This document shows positions 60,123-64,000 of a stretch of 64,000 nucleotides of DNA, piece by piece (position 1 is the stretch's first letter; each line of letters starts with the position of its first letter). Below the pieces are notes generated by a model, which saw nothing but the letters and a program-made list of their open reading frames with translations, was not told the DNA's origin and did not search any database. The stretch covers positions 768,001 to 832,000 of the forward strand of contig OY762964.1 of the NCBI GenBank assembly GCA_963667035.1, given 5' to 3'. The stretch is from Candidatus Cloacimonadales bacterium (GTDB lineage: Bacteria > Cloacimonadota > Cloacimonadia > Cloacimonadales > JAFGVF01). The translations under genes and the position numbers were made by a program.

Positions 60123-60375
60123 TAAGGAATGGCGTAGATGGATGATAGAAAGTTCATAAGAATAAATGATATAATCATTGGCTCTTCTGAGACTATCAAT
60201 TGAAAAGTTATTGTTTTATTATGAGGTAGTTGAGTGTTTTAGTAAACATAAACTAAGTAGTTATAGTATATAATAAAGCGACTTATTAGAATAACCCGGA
60301 ATAATATAAAAACATATTGACATATAATTCAAATTACCAAGAATCGAATAAGCTTATTTCTGTAGGAGAGTTTTT

Positions 60376-60600
60376 TTGGATAAGAAAGAGAATTTGAAAG
60401 GTTTATGGGGAAGCATTAAAGGTAGATGTCAAATATGCGGTACTGAGCTTAACTGGAATCATAAAGATTGCTCAAGGTACATAGGGGGGTGGACAACCTT
60501 TAAAACATGGCGAAATGGGAAAGAGGAAGAGATAATCGTTTGCTGGGTATGTGATAAGGCTCACGAGCATCTGAAATCTATTTCTCAGCTATCAGGATAA
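60376..60600 (+). CDS. Small Zn-finger-like protein (two CxxC)
   Basis: GRCQICG...IVCWVCDK; SD aggag. Confidence 0.55.
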   Translation: MDKKENLKGLWGSIKGRCQICGTELNWNHKDCSRYIGGWTTFKTWRNGKEEEIIVCWVCDKAHEHLKSISQLSG

Positions 60601-61360
60601 TCCCGTTCCCAATCCTGTTATCGGTATTTATATCTTTAAACATTAACGTTCTCACTAGTGGATATGTGACTATCATCCAGATACCGGCTAGAATCATACC
60701 GATAATACCCTTACCGGCTAAGGTCATAGGGGTTTTCATACCCAATAACCAAGCTATTTTACCCCATTTCCCGTAACTGTAGAATGACTCTTTGATGTGA
60801 AATCCTGCTGCGGTAACTTTTTCTTCCAACTCAGATTTAGCATAGCCGGGTCTAACATGCTCTTCGGTGAACGCTGCAGCCTCATCATAATTACTGGGAC
60901 TCGATATAATTAAAATCCCTCCTTCATTGAGACTATCATGGAAATTACCCAGAACAGCTCTATCGTCCTCTATATGCTCAAGAATATCAATAGCAATAGC
61001 AAGATCGTATTTATCTTTTGCTACGTATTCCTGAAGGTCTGCCTGCTCAACAATGAATTTGCCATTTAAATTGTTTTCAGCGTATGCTTTAAAAGACTGA
61101 ACATAATCTGTTTTAATATCAACAGCTAATACTGTAGAAGAGGGGTATTGTCTTAGGATATAGTCTGAATATTGGCAAAAGCCGGCACCTGCATCATAGA
61201 ATTTAAGCATAGTGTCTTTAACGATATATTTCTTCATCGCTTTCTTAACATACATCTGTCTTAACAATATGCAATCAAGAAAAAGATAGAAGAGCTTTCT
61301 TGTAATCGGGAAAAGCTCAATAATCATGGCAAACTTATCTTTAACAATATCGTATTTCAT
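60578..61360 (-). CDS. Class I SAM-dependent methyltransferase
   Basis: YDAGAGF, AVDI, ADL, DILEHIEDD, L..GG.LIIS.P; SD ggagg before ATG 61360. Confidence 0.9.
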   Translation of the reverse strand: MKYDIVKDKFAMIIELFPITRKLFYLFLDCILLRQMYVKKAMKKYIVKDTMLKFYDAGAGFCQYSDYILRQYPSSTVLAVDIKTDYVQSFKAYAENNLNGKFIVEQADLQEYVAKDKYDLAIAIDILEHIEDDRAVLGNFHDSLNEGGILIISSPSNYDEAAAFTEEHVRPGYAKSELEEKVTAAGFHIKESFYSYGKWGKIAWLLGMKTPMTLAGKGIIGMILAGIWMIVTYPLVRTLMFKDINTDNRIGNGIILIAEK

Positions 61361-61454
61361 AATATCCTCCACTTTACAAATCCAAATAAAGATTGACTTC
61401 CTAAATGTAAATATTTTTTATGAATAATAGAAAAAAAGTACTAGAAGGGGCGGA

Positions 61455-62300
61455 ATGAATCGAATAGACCTACATATTCACACCAATGAATCAGATGGTT
61501 GTCATACTCCCGTTGAGATAATTCAAATGGTGAAGAATGCTCAATTGGACATAATTTCAATTGCTGATCATGATACGGTGGAAGGCTATAAAAAAGCCAG
61601 GTACCTTGCCGAACGATATGAGATTGATCTGCTGATTGGAGCAGAGCTGTCTTGTCGACTTAAAAATTCCGATGTTCATATCTTGGCTTATGAGTTTGAT
61701 TATGAATATTCCGAGATTAAAGAAGCAATGGAGTTCCTTTATCATGGTCGTGTTGTCAGAGCAAAAAAGATAATCGATGAACTCAAGAAGTTTGATATTC
61801 ATATTGATTATGATGCAGTAACTGAGTTAGCAGGGCAAAAAGGGCTTATCGGTCGTCCACACATAGGTCGAGCGGTAGTGAATGCAGGATACTGCCCTAA
61901 CTTACAGGAAGTTTTCGATAAGTTTATTGGGGAGGGGAAACCGGCTTTTATCCCAAAACCGGAGTTGACTCCTAAGGAAATGATCGATATAATCCATAAT
62001 GCTAACGGTTATGCAGTATTGGCTCATCCCGGAAAACTGAGAAATCAGAGTTTGATAGAACAGATAATTAAGGATGGAGTTGACGGTCTAGAGGTATTCT
62101 ATCCTGCTCATAATCTTGGGCAAACCGATATGTATTTGCAGTTCTGCCTTAATCATAACATTATCCCTACATGTGGTTCCGATTACCATGGTAAGGATAT
62201 TAGTAGTATTGAATTAGGTAATTTTACCGGACCGGAAATGGTTTACAGTTATATCAAGAATATGAAGCGACAGATAAGGAAAAAGACTGATAATGAATAA
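61455..62300 (+). CDS. PHP domain phosphoesterase (TrpH/YciV-like)
   Basis: DLHIHT.ESDG, ADHDT, GAELS, HILAY, GRPHI, LAHP, GSDYHG. Confidence 0.92.
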   Translation: MNRIDLHIHTNESDGCHTPVEIIQMVKNAQLDIISIADHDTVEGYKKARYLAERYEIDLLIGAELSCRLKNSDVHILAYEFDYEYSEIKEAMEFLYHGRVVRAKKIIDELKKFDIHIDYDAVTELAGQKGLIGRPHIGRAVVNAGYCPNLQEVFDKFIGEGKPAFIPKPELTPKEMIDIIHNANGYAVLAHPGKLRNQSLIEQIIKDGVDGLEVFYPAHNLGQTDMYLQFCLNHNIIPTCGSDYHGKDISSIELGNFTGPEMVYSYIKNMKRQIRKKTDNE

Positions 62301-62787
62301 TGTCCCTAATGATAAAATGACTCTTCCTCAAAAGATTAGATTTAATGTCTTTGCCAGATACTTTACAATGTTCATGGCCTTGTTGGCAATTTTCTATGCA
62401 GGCTATGTAATGTTTTATAGAATAACTGCAGACAGCTCAGCACTGTTTAAAGCAATTCCAATAATAATAGTATTCCTCGCCTTAGATTCTTTCCTAAGAA
62501 ACGGGATGAACCTTAATACTATTTATCTGACAGAAGAATTTATTGAGTTTGGCTTTCTGATGAAACCAAAGAAGAGAATCGCTTGGGGGGATATTAAAAA
62601 AGTTGAGATTACTAGATCAAAGAGAAGAATGATAAGGTACATCTATACTGATAATACCGGGAAAGATAAAATATTTACCGTAACTCTTAGCTTCCCACAC
62701 ATGCTTGCTATCCTCAATACGATAGCAGATAAGGCTGTTAATGCAGAGTTTGATGAATTTCTAAGGAGCGTTCTGATAACTAAATAG
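62293..62787 (+). CDS. Hypothetical membrane protein (two TM helices plus PH-like domain)
   Basis: Two hydrophobic segments, 'IAWGDIKKVEI'. Confidence 0.7.
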   Translation: MNNVPNDKMTLPQKIRFNVFARYFTMFMALLAIFYAGYVMFYRITADSSALFKAIPIIIVFLALDSFLRNGMNLNTIYLTEEFIEFGFLMKPKKRIAWGDIKKVEITRSKRRMIRYIYTDNTGKDKIFTVTLSFPHMLAILNTIADKAVNAEFDEFLRSVLITK

Positions 62788-62849
62788 CTATTATTACTTC
62801 GAACATAAGAGAGATTCCGGAGGATGGACCACTTCTACACCATTATCAC

Positions 62850-63137
62850 TTGATTGGAACAATGACTTTGATTTCCGGAGTAAACAACTATGGCTTCGGT
62901 TTGTTATGGGGTAGAACCGATTGTGATAATGAATATACCATTCTGATATCAAGTAATGGACATTTCATGATAACTAAAGATGTAGATGGAACTACTTCTG
63001 AATTATATAAATGGACTAAAACCGATGCTGTTAATCAAGGTAATGGTGCATCGAATAATCTTGCTATAGTACAATTTGAAGCCTCAGTCTACTTTTACAT
63101 TAATCAAATAGAGGCAGAGGAAAAGCTTACAACATAG
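62850..63137 (+). pseudogene. Fragment of a beta-sandwich domain gene
   Basis: No SD or signal peptide; internal-looking 'GFGLLW...I.SNG...W....AV..G...N.L.I......FYIN' then abrupt end. Confidence 0.4.
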
Positions 63138-63368
63138 AAGCTGATTTATAGTTTCATATAAGAAAATAGCTCATAGCAAAATCGCTTTCAATTGCAAGTA
63201 CAGATAATCCGGTTAATCTCACTATTGAGTTCAATTCAATAAAACCAGCCAATATAATAAAAAAATCTTGACCATTCCTAATGTTATATAAAAAGTAACT
63301 CATGGTGTAATGGTTATGACTGGGAGTGAGCAAAACCATTATAAGAGATTACAACTAAAGGAGTAAGA

Positions 63369-64000
63369 ATGGGACGACAGGAAGAGATGAGAAAGATGAG
63401 ACAGAACTATATCGTCGAACAAGCTGAGAAGCTTTTTAAAGAAAAGGGATACGAGAGAGTTACAATGGACGATATAGCTAAAAGTTGTGAATACACAAAG
63501 AGAACTATTTATCAGTATATTACTTCAAAAGAGGAATTATATGTGCTGGTCTATATAAAAGGCATGAAGATGCGTCTGGAGTTTCTGCAGGCAGCTATTG
63601 ATAAAGAGAGACAAGGCTTTTGTAAGCTAAAAGAATTAGCTTATGCCTATTATGCTTTTTATAAAAATCATCCATACGTACTAAAACATCAACTTTTAGG
63701 TGATGTTGGCATAATCGTTGAAGCAAATGTTGAAGATGAGATTGCTGATGAATTGAATAAATTGAATATTCAAGGTGTTGATATGCTTAGGGATATCGTT
63801 AAACTTGGATTGGAAGACAAAACTTTGAATCCTGAGTTGGACTGGAATCTGTGGTATAGTTTCCTACTTTATTCAATCAGAATGAATGTAAGCAGAGTCC
63901 TAAGCGGTTATGTAAGACTACTAGATAGTGATGAGATAACGGAAGATGTGGATGGTTGGTACAGATACAATATCAATATATTATTAAAAGAATGTGCTTC
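63369..64000 (+). CDS. TetR/AcrR family transcriptional regulator (runs off window)
   Basis: SD aaggag; MGRQEEMRKMRQNYIVEQAEKLFKEKGYERVTMDDIAKSCEYTKRTIYQYITSKEELY. Confidence 0.9.
   Translation, partial: MGRQEEMRKMRQNYIVEQAEKLFKEKGYERVTMDDIAKSCEYTKRTIYQYITSKEELYVLVYIKGMKMRLEFLQAAIDKERQGFCKLKELAYAYYAFYKNHPYVLKHQLLGDVGIIVEANVEDEIADELNKLNIQGVDMLRDIVKLGLEDKTLNPELDWNLWYSFLLYSIRMNVSRVLSGYVRLLDSDEITEDVDGWYRYNINILLKECA

Overview
Low-GC bacterial chromosomal window. Several secreted proteins end in FlgD/T9SS-like 'NYPNPFN' C-terminal domains, and with the gene style this fits an FCB-group organism, most plausibly Candidatus Cloacimonadota (inference). The backbone is housekeeping: tRNA cluster (Gly-Cys-Leu-Gly), UGPase, Mla/MCE-type ABC operon, tsaB, folA, mltD-like gene, tRNA-Thr, tsaD, NtrC-family regulator, TonB-ExbBD, pfk, xerC-like gene, cold-shock protein, YgiQ, flippase, YprA/YprB (MrfA/B)-like pair, PHP and TetR genes. 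Two accessory regions stand out. (1) 11.4-20.3 kb: two divergent paralogous ~150-aa unknown genes share a 27-bp upstream motif and repeat-laden leaders. They bracket an RloC-like ABC-ATPase and an HD/HSP90-like protein, and one paralog sits exactly between inverted triple-hairpin repeats in a 1.8-kb REPIN-like array. (2) 29.8-37.3 kb: secreted proteins, a 5'-truncated tRNA-Asp, a Dam-family methylase plus a PD-(D/E)xK-DGQHR-HEPN protein (candidate defence system), and a cluster of palindromic repeats. Other oddities include an HTH+SecB-like pair without a toxin, an HNH domain inserted in the YprA helicase, a PqiC-like lipoprotein fused to a probable beta-barrel, an 11-bp-period mirror array, and a tRNA overlapping a stop codon. 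All family assignments come from motif recognition by eye; no searches were run.
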